A DNA stretch of 64,000 nucleotides from the NCBI GenBank assembly GCA_964187785.1, contig OZ076409.1, positions 95,110,001 to 95,174,000 on the forward strand, in the 5' to 3' direction. The notes under the pieces are model-generated. The model was not told where the DNA came from. It saw nothing but the letters and a program-made list of their open reading frames with translations, and did not search any database. The position numbers were made by a program, and so were the translations under genes. Positions within the stretch are counted from its first letter, which is position 1. The number at the start of each line of letters is the position of its first letter. This document shows positions 35,449 to 46,043 of this stretch, in pieces. The DNA is from Amphiscolops sp. MND2022 (taxonomy: Eukaryota).

Positions 35449-37642
35449 AAGAAGTCCACATGTTTTTCAATTCTTGAACAGCAAATTGAATTTTCTCATT
35501 TTCAATATCTATAGGAGAAACCGTTATTTTCGGCGCGAACAGGTTTGAGAGGAAGCAACTGGATACTAGAAAAATTTCTTCAGTTACATTTCCAGTCCCA
35601 AAAACGGAAGCTGTCTTTAAACGGCGCTTTTCTTCAGAATAGAGTCGATTTTTTCAGTAGGTGGGAGACCAAAGGGTTCCACTTAGAATTTTTTCGGCAC
35701 TGCGACTTGTTTTTCAAACCTTAACCCCTTGCTTGATTTTCAGCCGGAACAAAGCGTTTTGCGAGCACAGATGGTCACTTTAGGTTTTTCGGTACTATAC
35801 AACTTACCGAAGTCATACAAAATTGAAAAGAATTTTAAGCATAGAGGCGAAACCGTTTACGAAGTGTTTGCGCAGAAAGTTGCGGACTTTTGAAGAAAAC
35901 CAAATAAGAAATATCATACGGAGAACCAAGCGTAAAAGGAAATTATTGTTGAAATATCATCAATTTTACAGCGCCAAAAAATACCCGAAGGGATACGCAT
36001 AGATCTCGAAAACCATTCTTCTCCAACTGGAAACAGCAGAAAACCCATCTTTCTCAACCGAAAACATTAAAAAAACACAAAATTACAGAAAAAAATTCGA
36101 CATTTTTCGAAAAATTTCTTAAATGAAGGCATCCGGTAAATCGCACAGTGCCGAAAACCTTGAGGAGTTCTTTATGCTCGCAAAACGTTTCGTTTCTAGT
36201 AAAAATTGAGGGGAGCTTCGATGAAAACAAATTAGAAAAGTCGCATAAAAACACCGGTGTTTGGAAAAAAAACAAAAATCGGACATAGCGTGCTGGGCCT
36301 GAGAAAACCTAATTTTAAGACAAAAATTATTCATTTTGAAAAATCTCACAATGCCAAAAACTGTAACATCCATTCTATTGCAAAATTTCAAAAAAATGAA
36401 TGGGAACCCTTGAGACTTCGAAAAAAAAACAAAAATTGAGCATTTTTAACAATCTCATAGTGCCAAAAAATCTTTGGAATTTTTCAACATTCGTTCTGTT
36501 GCAAAATATCAAAAAAAATTGAAGGGAGGATCCTTTGGGGACATTAAAAAACTTTCGAAAAAGCCGAAAAAGGGGGAGTCTCATATTGCCGAAAAAGTGA
36601 GAACCTTCTGCTTCGGAATATTTGTAAAATTGGCGCATACGCACGGGTTGGAACACGAACACTCTGGGTTGAAAGGCAAGCATCTTACCACTACACTAGA
36701 CCACGAACGCCTGAACTATGCGACTTGCGGGCTGAAACTAGATTTGTCGCGCGGAAAAAAAGCACCCGCACTTTCCTATAACACTTGCTTATCGCAAGTG
36801 TAAAAAATCAGGCTTTGTGAGGATTTCTGTAAAGGCAACTTGTTTCCCGAGCCTTGAGGGAGACCTCTTTATTAATTTTCGATCCAGTGGAACTGATGCG
36901 CTTTCTTAATGATTGTGGAAAGACCGTTTTCAGCTTTTTCCGGCTCTGTGCATCTTTTTTCCGAAACTTTCATTTGGTCAAAGGACAACCCCCTCTTTTC
37001 ATAGCTGATTTCGGCTTGAAAAAAGTAGTTTTGCGAGCTGAAAGCTTCTTTTCCGGCATTGAGACTTTTCCAAAAAAATTTTAAAATGGCTTCAGGTTTT
37101 CAGTTGGGGAAAAGTGGTTTTCGAGTCTCATTTGTATTCCTTGGCATTATTTTCGGCATTGAGAAATTTTTGAAATGGCATATTGTGTCATCGCATATTT
37201 AAGAAACTTGGGTTTTTGAAACTCGCCGAGTTGGGCCTGTTCCGGCTTGTTTTCTTTCTGTGCGTATCCTTGTGAACCAAATGAACGATAATTCCAATTG
37301 TTTCATATTTGACTGTTTCATTCTTAACCGTATCTCAAATTAATTAAAATCAAGAATCAATATTCTATTAATAATTAATGACTAAACAATGTTCATTTAT
37401 GCAATGAAGAGAAAAATAAACGCTTTCATTATATAAATCTATCCGTGTAACATCCAATATTGAATGAAAACGTATTACTTACGTCTAGAATCATAAGATG
37501 TAAATTGAATAGTTATTGTTTTCAACAGGACAATCTTGAGAATTGAAGAAAAATATACCTGATTATAAAAACTGATGAGTGATTACTGATTCAAGTTTAT
37601 AAGCACCAATTGGAAGGCAAGATTACCTGGAGACTCTGTAGT

Positions 37643-39511
37643 TCAAATGGAGATGGAGCCATCCCGGAAATCGGTTTTGCCGATGAAGCAATTCATCAAA
37701 GCTGACTTCTCTTCCTTCAGAACCTTTTTGCATTCAACCAAAGCGCCATCAATATCATCTTCGCCAGGACTCTTCAGCAACACTCCATGGGCACCCAGAG
37801 CTTCTGCGACTTTCTCGTAAGACGAAAACTCCAGCATGCACCCAATAGTACTTCCGAGCATTGGAAGCTGCTCCCTGGCGATCTGAGTCCAACACGCATC
37901 ATTGCCAACAACTGATAAAACTGGGATCTTGTGGCGTCTGAAGGTGTCGTATTCGATGATTGAATATCCCAAGGAACCGTCACCATAAATTATCCAGATC
38001 TGGGCATCAGGATTAGCGGTTTTAGCTCCAAGAGCGAAGCCGGCTCCAACTCCCAAGGTTCCGAAAGGACCAGGATCCAACCACTGGAGAGGTCCTCTTG
38101 GTCGCAATATGTATGAAGCAGTGGCAACAAAATCACCGCCGTCAGCCACGATGATTGAATTTGAATCCAGTTGCTCTTCAACGCGGAACAGAACATCGAG
38201 TGGATTCAAATATCTGTCCACATGGAGTTTGCTCTTTACAGCAAACTGTTCCTCCTTCTCAACCTCTCGTTTTTTGAGCCCTTCCGCCCAAGTTGGGTCT
38301 GCCCTGTAACCTGGCAAGGCTGCTTGAACTCTAGCTATGAAATCAGCAGCATCTCCAACAACCCCCAAGGTTGGTTTCCAAAACATGTCGCTGTTCAGTT
38401 TCATCAATTCCTTGCCGCGGTTCACTGATATGACTTTAGCTTGTCTGCCAATGCTCCTTCCGTAATTTAAACGGAAGTCCGCTACAGTGCCTGCTAATAT
38501 AATCAAATCCGCCTCTTTGAGAACTTGAGACCTGTTTTGTCTGATATGGATTGGATTATTGCGACCCAACATACCTCTAGCCATTCCACTCAAAAAACAT
38601 GGTGCGCCCATGGTCTCCAAGGCTACAACGGTCGTGTTGATAGGGCATGGAGGAATAGTTGCTTGACTTCCCATGAGGATAACTGGTTTTTTGGCCTTTG
38701 AAAGTAACTGAGCAGCAGTTTGGATCTGAGAATTTGAAGCCTTAGGAATGTCTATATCAAGTGGCTCCGTGTTCCTTTCTTCAAAAGCACCACAGAACAT
38801 GTCATTCAAATAGTTGTTGAGGTACCAATTAACAATTTTTTGAACTAAACCTTTCGCACTATCTTTTATACCGACTTCCTTCTTGATCATTTCATAGGGA
38901 TACAATGTATCAACAGGGAGCTCAACAAAAACAGGAGCAGGAACTCCTGATTGAGCAATTTTGATGGCTTCTCTGAGTGTCGGTACAATGTCTCTAACTT
39001 TGGTAACCGAAACAACATGTTTACAAACAGGCTTGAATAGCGACATCTGATCAATATCTTGCAGAGCACCACGACCTTTCAAAAGGCTTGCTGCAGCTCC
39101 TCCGAGAAGCAAAACAGGAGATTCGGCCATTTGAGCATTCTTCAGAGCTGTAATCACGTTAGTCAAGCCAGGCCCAGCAGTAACCATGACAACCCCGATG
39201 CCTCTGCCAACACGGGCATATGCATCGGCTGCGAAAGCAGCTGTAACCTCATGCCTCGTGTCTATGACCTTAATACCCAACTTCTCACAAGCAACTGCTA
39301 TGGGGGAAATGTGACCGCCGGGTAAAGTGAACACTGCCTTGATATCGTGAGATTTCAGAACATTAGCAACTAAAGTTCCTCCATGTTCCTTGCTCGTCTT
39401 TTGTGTTGTATGCAAGAGTTGATACAACAGGTTAAATCTCCTGACGAAGATTAAGACCGAAGCACCAATGGAAAGCCCCAAGCAAGATGCTACCGCAGTA
39501 CTGACTTCCAT
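37643..39511 (-). CDS. ILVBL: 2-hydroxyacyl-CoA lyase 2 / acetolactate synthase-like protein, 622 aa, single coding exon
   Basis: N-terminal hydrophobic anchor; HGG.LVA, FTL.GGHISP, DTRHE (catalytic Glu), TAGPG.TN, GALQDIDQ, DGGDFV, WLDPG.FGTLGVG; ThDP-binding GDGS...GND; C-terminal FRDGSISI. Confidence 0.95.
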   Translation of the reverse strand: MEVSTAVASCLGLSIGASVLIFVRRFNLLYQLLHTTQKTSKEHGGTLVANVLKSHDIKAVFTLPGGHISPIAVACEKLGIKVIDTRHEVTAAFAADAYARVGRGIGVVMVTAGPGLTNVITALKNAQMAESPVLLLGGAAASLLKGRGALQDIDQMSLFKPVCKHVVSVTKVRDIVPTLREAIKIAQSGVPAPVFVELPVDTLYPYEMIKKEVGIKDSAKGLVQKIVNWYLNNYLNDMFCGAFEERNTEPLDIDIPKASNSQIQTAAQLLSKAKKPVILMGSQATIPPCPINTTVVALETMGAPCFLSGMARGMLGRNNPIHIRQNRSQVLKEADLIILAGTVADFRLNYGRSIGRQAKVISVNRGKELMKLNSDMFWKPTLGVVGDAADFIARVQAALPGYRADPTWAEGLKKREVEKEEQFAVKSKLHVDRYLNPLDVLFRVEEQLDSNSIIVADGGDFVATASYILRPRGPLQWLDPGPFGTLGVGAGFALGAKTANPDAQIWIIYGDGSLGYSIIEYDTFRRHKIPVLSVVGNDACWTQIAREQLPMLGSTIGCMLEFSSYEKVAEALGAHGVLLKSPGEDDIDGALVECKKVLKEEKSALMNCFIGKTDFRDGSISI

Positions 39512-39637
39512 CTTTTCACACTGAAAGACATTACTGGGATTTCGATTCACATATTTACAATAGCATTAGCTCCAGGCTGCATTCATTGTCTTTATTCTTC
39601 TCCACTGGCATCTCGGTCTCTATGAATCCGAAAGTCA

Positions 39638-39639
<2 letters not shown>

Positions 39640-39668
<29 letters not shown>
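39640..39668. repeat. (GA)n microsatellite upstream of ILVBL; a shorter tract at about 40089-40103
   Basis: Directly visible. Confidence 0.95.
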
Positions 39669-39673
<5 letters not shown>

Positions 39674-40392
39674 GCTGAATTAACATACCTTATTAAAAAG
39701 AAACAACTTATTTGGTACAGTAGGCGTAATATTAACAATGAAATTAAAATTAAAATTAGTAGCACTTTTGAACTATTGGAGAAGTTGGAAGCAAAACAGG
39801 AGAAGACCCAACATATTGCGACTTAGGGGATATTGTGACAATTTTTTCAGTAAGCACTGGCAAGTCAGCGCAGTGAGTTTTGCTCGTAGATTCCTAAAGT
39901 AGCGGATAAGAAATTAGATCTAACTATGAGCGAAATTACTACATAACATGAAATCAGCGAGCTGATTGATTCGGAGAATGTTAAAAATCATATGAATCAA
40001 AATCACTCAAATTAAAGAATTACTTTCATAACGATAAAAACGATTCTGATTGGCTGAAGTTATATAGCTGAAAATCAATTGCTAGCGCAGAGAGAGAGAG
40101 AGAAAAAAAACACTGTATTATTGTATAGGGATAGCTGGTGCCAGTATACAATAAGCGTAGATTGATTTATGCTGAAGCATAAATAATTTTTTCAAGTTTT
40201 ACAGGGCGATAAATCAGGTGAAGCGGAAATCACGCCAAGTATGAGATGTATGGATAGGCATACGACTATATTTGTATTTCAGTATTTGTATATACGGGGA
40301 CACTGAAATCAACAGTTACAGGCCTCAAACCTACCTTGGTGGAGGTGAACAGAAAAATTCAACAGCACAGCAATACACTAACGCAACACAAA

Positions 40393-41247
40393 ATGACTTA
40401 CGCAGCAAAATGCGCAGCCACGCTATCCGAGCCCATAGAAAAGAAAGCTTCGCGGTCCATCGAGCAGATACTTCTTGTGGAAAACTCAGACAGCGGCCTT
40501 GCCAACAGTATGGATATCAAAAAGGCGTTCGCCAAACATTTCCCAAATAAAAAACTGATCCACGCTTTCAGGAACAGTAGAGGAAAGATCCATCTGGAAT
40601 TTGATTCCGCAGACACAGCAGCGGATATAATGCAAAATTGGAACAAAGATGCCATGGGTACAGACACTAGTGTCACAAACCCCAGAGGAAAACGCCGGCA
40701 AAATGCTCTAGTTATAAGAGGAGTTGACATAGGAATTAGCGAAGAGACACTGGCGGAACAAATCTCAGAGCAACTCCATACAGACATTGAAAAGGTCACA
40801 ATCAGACGTTTCATCAAAAAGCCTGATAATGCCAAAATGACCACGGTCAAAGTTGACTTACAAGAAAGAACAATGTTAGAGACAGCATTAGCAAACGGCC
40901 TTTTTGTCAACCAGCTGTTCTTCAGACCTACCGAATACATCGAGAAAACAGATATTCACGTGACCAGATGCTTCAACTGCCAGAAGTTCGGCCATATAGC
41001 ATCATCTTGCAAGTTGGGTCAAAAATGTGGTAAATGCGCGGAAAATCATAATACCGATAGCTGTCACCAACCGGAACAAAACTACAAATGTGTCAACTGT
41101 CTGGAACAACACTCTTCAGCATCGAAAGAATGCCCTGTCTACCTGAAGACTTTGGAGAAGTTGTATCAGAGCCGATCGGTACCCCTACCAAAACAATTAC
41201 AAGACAAAATTGACAGACTTATCACTGAGAACAAATGGCCCGCATAA
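40393..41247 (+). CDS. Gag-like ORF1 with three CCHC zinc knuckles, 284 aa
   Basis: CFNCQKFGHIASSC, CGKCAENHNTDSC, CVNCLEQHSSASKEC; first ATG at 40393. Confidence 0.92.
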   Translation: MTYAAKCAATLSEPIEKKASRSIEQILLVENSDSGLANSMDIKKAFAKHFPNKKLIHAFRNSRGKIHLEFDSADTAADIMQNWNKDAMGTDTSVTNPRGKRRQNALVIRGVDIGISEETLAEQISEQLHTDIEKVTIRRFIKKPDNAKMTTVKVDLQERTMLETALANGLFVNQLFFRPTEYIEKTDIHVTRCFNCQKFGHIASSCKLGQKCGKCAENHNTDSCHQPEQNYKCVNCLEQHSSASKECPVYLKTLEKLYQSRSVPLPKQLQDKIDRLITENKWPA

Positions 41248-44200
41248 TGCAAGTAAACATGGCAGGGTTAAGCAGTCATAGCTCAACAGCTTTATCTTTT
41301 TACCTGAACCAAGGAAAACCCCATGCAGTGATTTTAACGGAGACTCACCGAGAACTAGCAGCACATGAAATCGATAATTATTCTGCCATTAGCTACTGTG
41401 GGACGACCGGTCAGGGAGGAGTTTCTATTTTAGTCAGGAAAGATATCACACACGTACCGAAAATCTTCAACGCCCCGATTGACTCTGTCTGGACCATTGT
41501 CACTATCAACAGAATACCAATTTTACTGGGAGCCGTCTACATACCACCAACCAGCTCACCGAAACTACAAACTTTGATCAATCAACTCGAGGAAGCGGCG
41601 GCCTTTTCCACTAGACACAACCTCGAACTTCTGCTAGCGGGTGACATTAATGCTAGACACCCAATGTGGGGAGATAGATCAACGAATGAGCACGGCAGAA
41701 CTCTAGTGAACGCACTACACGACTCCTCCAGAGTGCTAAATGTCATCAACGACGGACAACCCACTTTTGTGTCAACCAACGGGAGCAGTGTTATCGACCT
41801 TTTTATCACGTCAGAGAGAATAACTGAAACCACAAACTTCATAATGGTAGACCACGAGACAGAATTATTCACCGGTGCTCCGACGAGGGGACACCTTCCC
41901 GTATGGCTGAACATGAAAGGAGAAGACACAAAAGAAGTCAAACTTAAAAAAGATCTAAAGAACGCCAATTGGGAAGGATTTTACGAGTGTGTAGAAAGCC
42001 TTCTATCAGAAAGGATAGATTTCAAGACAATGGACGGCAATTCCTCATGGTTGCTACTGAAAGAAGCGCTTCAAACTGCTTCAGAACAACATATTCCAGT
42101 GAAGAAGGTCTGTTGCTTCTCGAAACCGTATTGGTGCGAAGAACTAAGTTCGAAAAGCCGAGAGCTCCGTAAGGCACGGAAAAATTACCGATTCCGTAGC
42201 TCGGCTCAAAACCTCAAGCTTTTGAGAGAGCTTCAACAATCCTTTCAAAATTTGGTAAAGGATAAAGCAAACGAACACTTCAAAAGCTCCATCGATGACG
42301 TTAACGATAGTCACTCAAAAGAATTTTGGAAGCGCGTCAATAAGCTTTTGACGGACAAGGAAGATGCTGGAGTTTCCCCGTTGTTGAAAGGGAACAAATT
42401 CCACTTTGCTGAAAAAGACAAAGCAGATATATTTCGTGAAACTTTTTTCACTGGAAAGCATTTGGAGAAACTCAGCTTCAACGAAGAATTCAAGCTACAC
42501 GTAGAGAATACTTTTCAACAATCCCTACATTCCGAAAGACCCGAATTAGAAAGTGATAGGTGGTTTAACAGCGACTTTACCTCCGAAGAATTGGACTACA
42601 TTCTGCGTTTTTTGAAAACATCGGGAAAGTCTCTCGATAACGACAACATCCATCCCAAAATGATCAAGTACGCAGGACCCCGATATAAAGAAGTCCTTCT
42701 TCACATTGCAAACAAAACACTGAATGAAAATAACTGGCCGTGGAATCATTCAAAAGTGATCTTTCTGAGGAAGCAAGGTAAAACAGACTACACGACACCG
42801 TCAGCATATCGGCCGATAACAATCTCCAGCTATATCGGAAAAATTGTGGAAAGATTATTGGATGCCAGGTTGAGAAGCTTCTTCAAAAAATTCAACCTGT
42901 TAGACGAAGAGCAGGAAGGCTTCCAGTCTCACAAGAGCACAATAAGGTCGTTGTATAGGTTGAAAATGGAATGTCAAGAAGTGAAAAAGAGCAGAAAAAG
43001 TGGCGCCTTGATATCCATCGACTTTGAGAAGGCCTTCGATTCCGTATGGATCAATGGACTGCTCCAAAAACTCTATCAATCGGGAGTTAGAGGTAAATTC
43101 ATTAAACTGATTGGAAGTATTTTGAAAAGCCGACAACTCAGCATAGAAATCGGTAATCTGAGAAGCCAATACTTTGGAGTCAAAGATGGACTTCCACAAG
43201 GCAGTGTGTTATCACCAATTCTGTTCATTTTTTTCGTTTCCGACATGTTCAAAAACCTCAACTGTAAGAAGTTCAAATTCGCTGACGATGGAAACCTCCT
43301 AGTGACAGGATACACTGAAACCCAAGTCTACCTAAACTGTCAAGTTATTCTAAAACAATTGGAACGGTGGTGTAAAAATTGGAGGCTCGCAGTAAATGGT
43401 GACAAGACGTCAATAATCTACCTCAACACTGAGTACCCGCACGCTCCGACGTTTTTCGGCGAGGCATGTAAGGTCACCAGAAGCACAAAAATTCTGGGAT
43501 TGATTGTGGACGACAAACTGAATTTCAACGATCATCTACAGCAGGTAGAAGGGAAAGTTGCTAAACAGCTGAACATATTTAAAAAGTTTTGCGGCTCTAA
43601 TTGGGGTCTAAGGCAAGCAACGCTCATAAAGCTTTACAAAACTCTAGTGCTCCCCCGACTTCTGTACGCGGCCCCTGTGTGGGCCAGGAAACACGTTCAA
43701 GCGCTGAGCCGTTTTCAATACACCGCGCTCAAACTTATCATAGGTACAAGTACGAAATTCGACCAGTTGGCAGCAGAAATACTGTGCGGTCTCCCGCCTA
43801 TGCAATTACAAATTGACATAATCACTATTAACTTTGGAATCAAGCTCTCTCAACAGCAGGACATATTGTGGAAACTGTACCGGAAATGTCAATTGCCGGA
43901 AATAAAAAGCGATAAAAACCTCATTGACGAATTTTATAAAGTCACAGGAGCAATAAATTGTTACACGGTGTCAACTTGCAATGAGTACCTGAGAAGTAGA
44001 TGGAACAGAATATTCAAGAACGCGCTCACGACTACCCCACTGGATTGGTCAATCACTCAAATTGAATTGGAAGGGATTCCCTATCCAAAAACGACAAGCA
44101 GACACCTAGAAAGAACTATCAACAAGCTCCTTTTGAATTGCAACGTGGAACTGGCAGAGTATGCGTACAAAATTTGGCGAGCGGAGACTCCGCTCTGCCC

Positions 44201-44420
44201 TTGTCGAGTAGAGGCAGAATCAGTCACGCACTACTTATTCTTCTGCCCCCTGTACGAGCAGTTTCGTGCGCCCGATTTTGCCGCAGGAAACATCTATTCA
44301 CTTACCTGGACCACGAACCTGAAAAATTTCATCATAGATTCTGGACGTTTCGAAAGAAGCACAGAAAGGAAGCGACACTTTCAAGAGAGTACTCGACTAC
44401 TAAAGACTCATAATTTTTGA
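41235..44420 (+). CDS. ORF2: APE endonuclease + reverse transcriptase + C-terminal CCHC, 1061 aa; no RNase H domain evident
   Basis: LTET, GGVSI, GDINA.H..WG, SVIDL; YRPI, IDFEKAFD, GLPQGSVLSP.LF, FADD, ILG; CPC...ESVTHYLFFC. Confidence 0.96.
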   Translation: MARIMQVNMAGLSSHSSTALSFYLNQGKPHAVILTETHRELAAHEIDNYSAISYCGTTGQGGVSILVRKDITHVPKIFNAPIDSVWTIVTINRIPILLGAVYIPPTSSPKLQTLINQLEEAAAFSTRHNLELLLAGDINARHPMWGDRSTNEHGRTLVNALHDSSRVLNVINDGQPTFVSTNGSSVIDLFITSERITETTNFIMVDHETELFTGAPTRGHLPVWLNMKGEDTKEVKLKKDLKNANWEGFYECVESLLSERIDFKTMDGNSSWLLLKEALQTASEQHIPVKKVCCFSKPYWCEELSSKSRELRKARKNYRFRSSAQNLKLLRELQQSFQNLVKDKANEHFKSSIDDVNDSHSKEFWKRVNKLLTDKEDAGVSPLLKGNKFHFAEKDKADIFRETFFTGKHLEKLSFNEEFKLHVENTFQQSLHSERPELESDRWFNSDFTSEELDYILRFLKTSGKSLDNDNIHPKMIKYAGPRYKEVLLHIANKTLNENNWPWNHSKVIFLRKQGKTDYTTPSAYRPITISSYIGKIVERLLDARLRSFFKKFNLLDEEQEGFQSHKSTIRSLYRLKMECQEVKKSRKSGALISIDFEKAFDSVWINGLLQKLYQSGVRGKFIKLIGSILKSRQLSIEIGNLRSQYFGVKDGLPQGSVLSPILFIFFVSDMFKNLNCKKFKFADDGNLLVTGYTETQVYLNCQVILKQLERWCKNWRLAVNGDKTSIIYLNTEYPHAPTFFGEACKVTRSTKILGLIVDDKLNFNDHLQQVEGKVAKQLNIFKKFCGSNWGLRQATLIKLYKTLVLPRLLYAAPVWARKHVQALSRFQYTALKLIIGTSTKFDQLAAEILCGLPPMQLQIDIITINFGIKLSQQQDILWKLYRKCQLPEIKSDKNLIDEFYKVTGAINCYTVSTCNEYLRSRWNRIFKNALTTTPLDWSITQIELEGIPYPKTTSRHLERTINKLLLNCNVELAEYAYKIWRAETPLCPCRVEAESVTHYLFFCPLYEQFRAPDFAAGNIYSLTWTTNLKNFIIDSGRFERSTERKRHFQESTRLLKTHNF

Positions 44421-46043
44421 GGCTATGACTAACAGACCTTCAACTTTTACTTTATTTACTCAGAACTGATACCAAGTGCCTAAAACAAAATTGTTAGATT
44501 AACCCGCAATTTAGGGGTTGTGTAGATTCTATATATATATATATATATACGGGGACCATTACTGACACTGCACGGAGGCTCTGCAGCTTGCAGCGATTCG
44601 GCACTATCTCATCCCTCAGTTGAAAATTGCCCCTTTGAACTCTGGACCATTATACCTGTTGCAGACCAACATAGTTTCGCTTCGCACGGTCCCCTAAGGA
44701 TTAAAATAGTTGAATAAAGCAAAACAGAATGTATGATTATAAATCAAAAAGGGTCCCCTTTTACATGCTTCGACATGGAGAAATCTTCAAAACAATGAGT
44801 ATTATTGTTGTTGTGGACTTTCACCTCTCGCTGAAGGGATGTCTCAATTTCTTTCTAACATCTTGTTACATTTCTTTCTTACATCCATGTTTCTACATTG
44901 TCCACAGTCACACACCCTAAACCATGTATAAGATTGTCTTCGTCGAAATGGTTATTGAAGTGCCTCCACATATCGCAGAGAAGTCTGTCTTTGGGACCTG
45001 TTCCGTTGCCAATTCAAAGCAAGTATGAACCTCCCAGCCTAATTGTTCTGATAAACATTGTAAATAGTTTCAGAGAAACATGCCTTCTACTAGAATTGCA
45101 TCATCCAGTCAAGATGAAGATAAGGGCTCGTTACACCTGATTGAATGCACAGGAAAGGCAGAACGGAAAGGGCTTTGTGGCGTGGATCCCTACCTGGCTC
45201 CCAAAAAAATACCCAAAAGGATTCATGAATCGAAACTTTTTGTGTGGTTTATGTGCAGCTTCTGAGGTTTCGGAGCTTGGTGAGAAGCAGTCCAAGACCC
45301 TGAGCAATGATTGAACAAACACAAAACTATACGCGTCTACACATAGCTGTTAACCAATTATGCGATGAAATCACAAAGCCGAGATCTTTCAGGCGGGTGG
45401 GCGGAAATAGGTCGAAGGAACGGGATCGAAAATCAGAGTTAGTCCTCAGGTCGACATACCAAATTTTTGAATGGGATCGAAACAACTCGGATCGAAATTT
45501 TTATAACGTAGTCAGATATGTTCACATACCCCTAGTACCCTGAATGCAGGAGCGAAGCGAAGCGGAGCGACGTGCCATATGGCCATGCCTCAATGTTGCT
45601 ACTTGGCGAAGGGAGCGAAGCGACCGAGCCATACAACAAATACGATAAAATTCGACCGCATTCCATTCGATCCCTGCAATTCGATCAAAAGGTTCGACCT
45701 CTGTCCTTTCGACCAGAAAAATTCGACCTATTTACAGCCACCCGAAGGAAGGCTGTCGTGAATTATGACAATCCCAAATGGGTGCATATCCGGTACGTAG
45801 TTTTTCGACCATTTCAATAAATCTTGGTGTTTTGTTTTGTGAATCTGTCATCCACTTGATGAGATTTTCAGTATTTGTATATACGGGGACCATTACTGAC
45901 ACTGCAAGGAGGCTCTGCAGCTTGCAGCGATTCGGCACTATCTCATCCCTCTGTTGAAAATTGCCCCTTTGAACTCTGGGCCATCATTCGTGTTGCAGAC
46001 CAACATAGTTTCGCTTCGCACGGTCCCCTAAGTATTAAAATAG

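Larger units (their letters stand above)
40302..44543 (+). mobile_element. Full-length, apparently intact I/Jockey-group LINE with a (TA)n tail and 13-bp TSD
   Basis: TSD TATATACGGGGAC at 40289-40301 and 44544-44556; two uninterrupted overlapping ORFs; tail at 44530-44543. Confidence 0.95.

Noticed and set aside
2571..37084. Many short K/F/G/P-rich ORFs (e.g. KGGPFG, KKLKGG)
   Set aside because: They are chance translations of HINE subrepeats and recur on both strands wherever the repeat occurs.
37643..39550. Horizontally acquired bacterial acetolactate synthase
   Set aside because: The N-terminal membrane anchor and motif set match animal ILVBL/HACL2; lacking introns is not by itself evidence of transfer.
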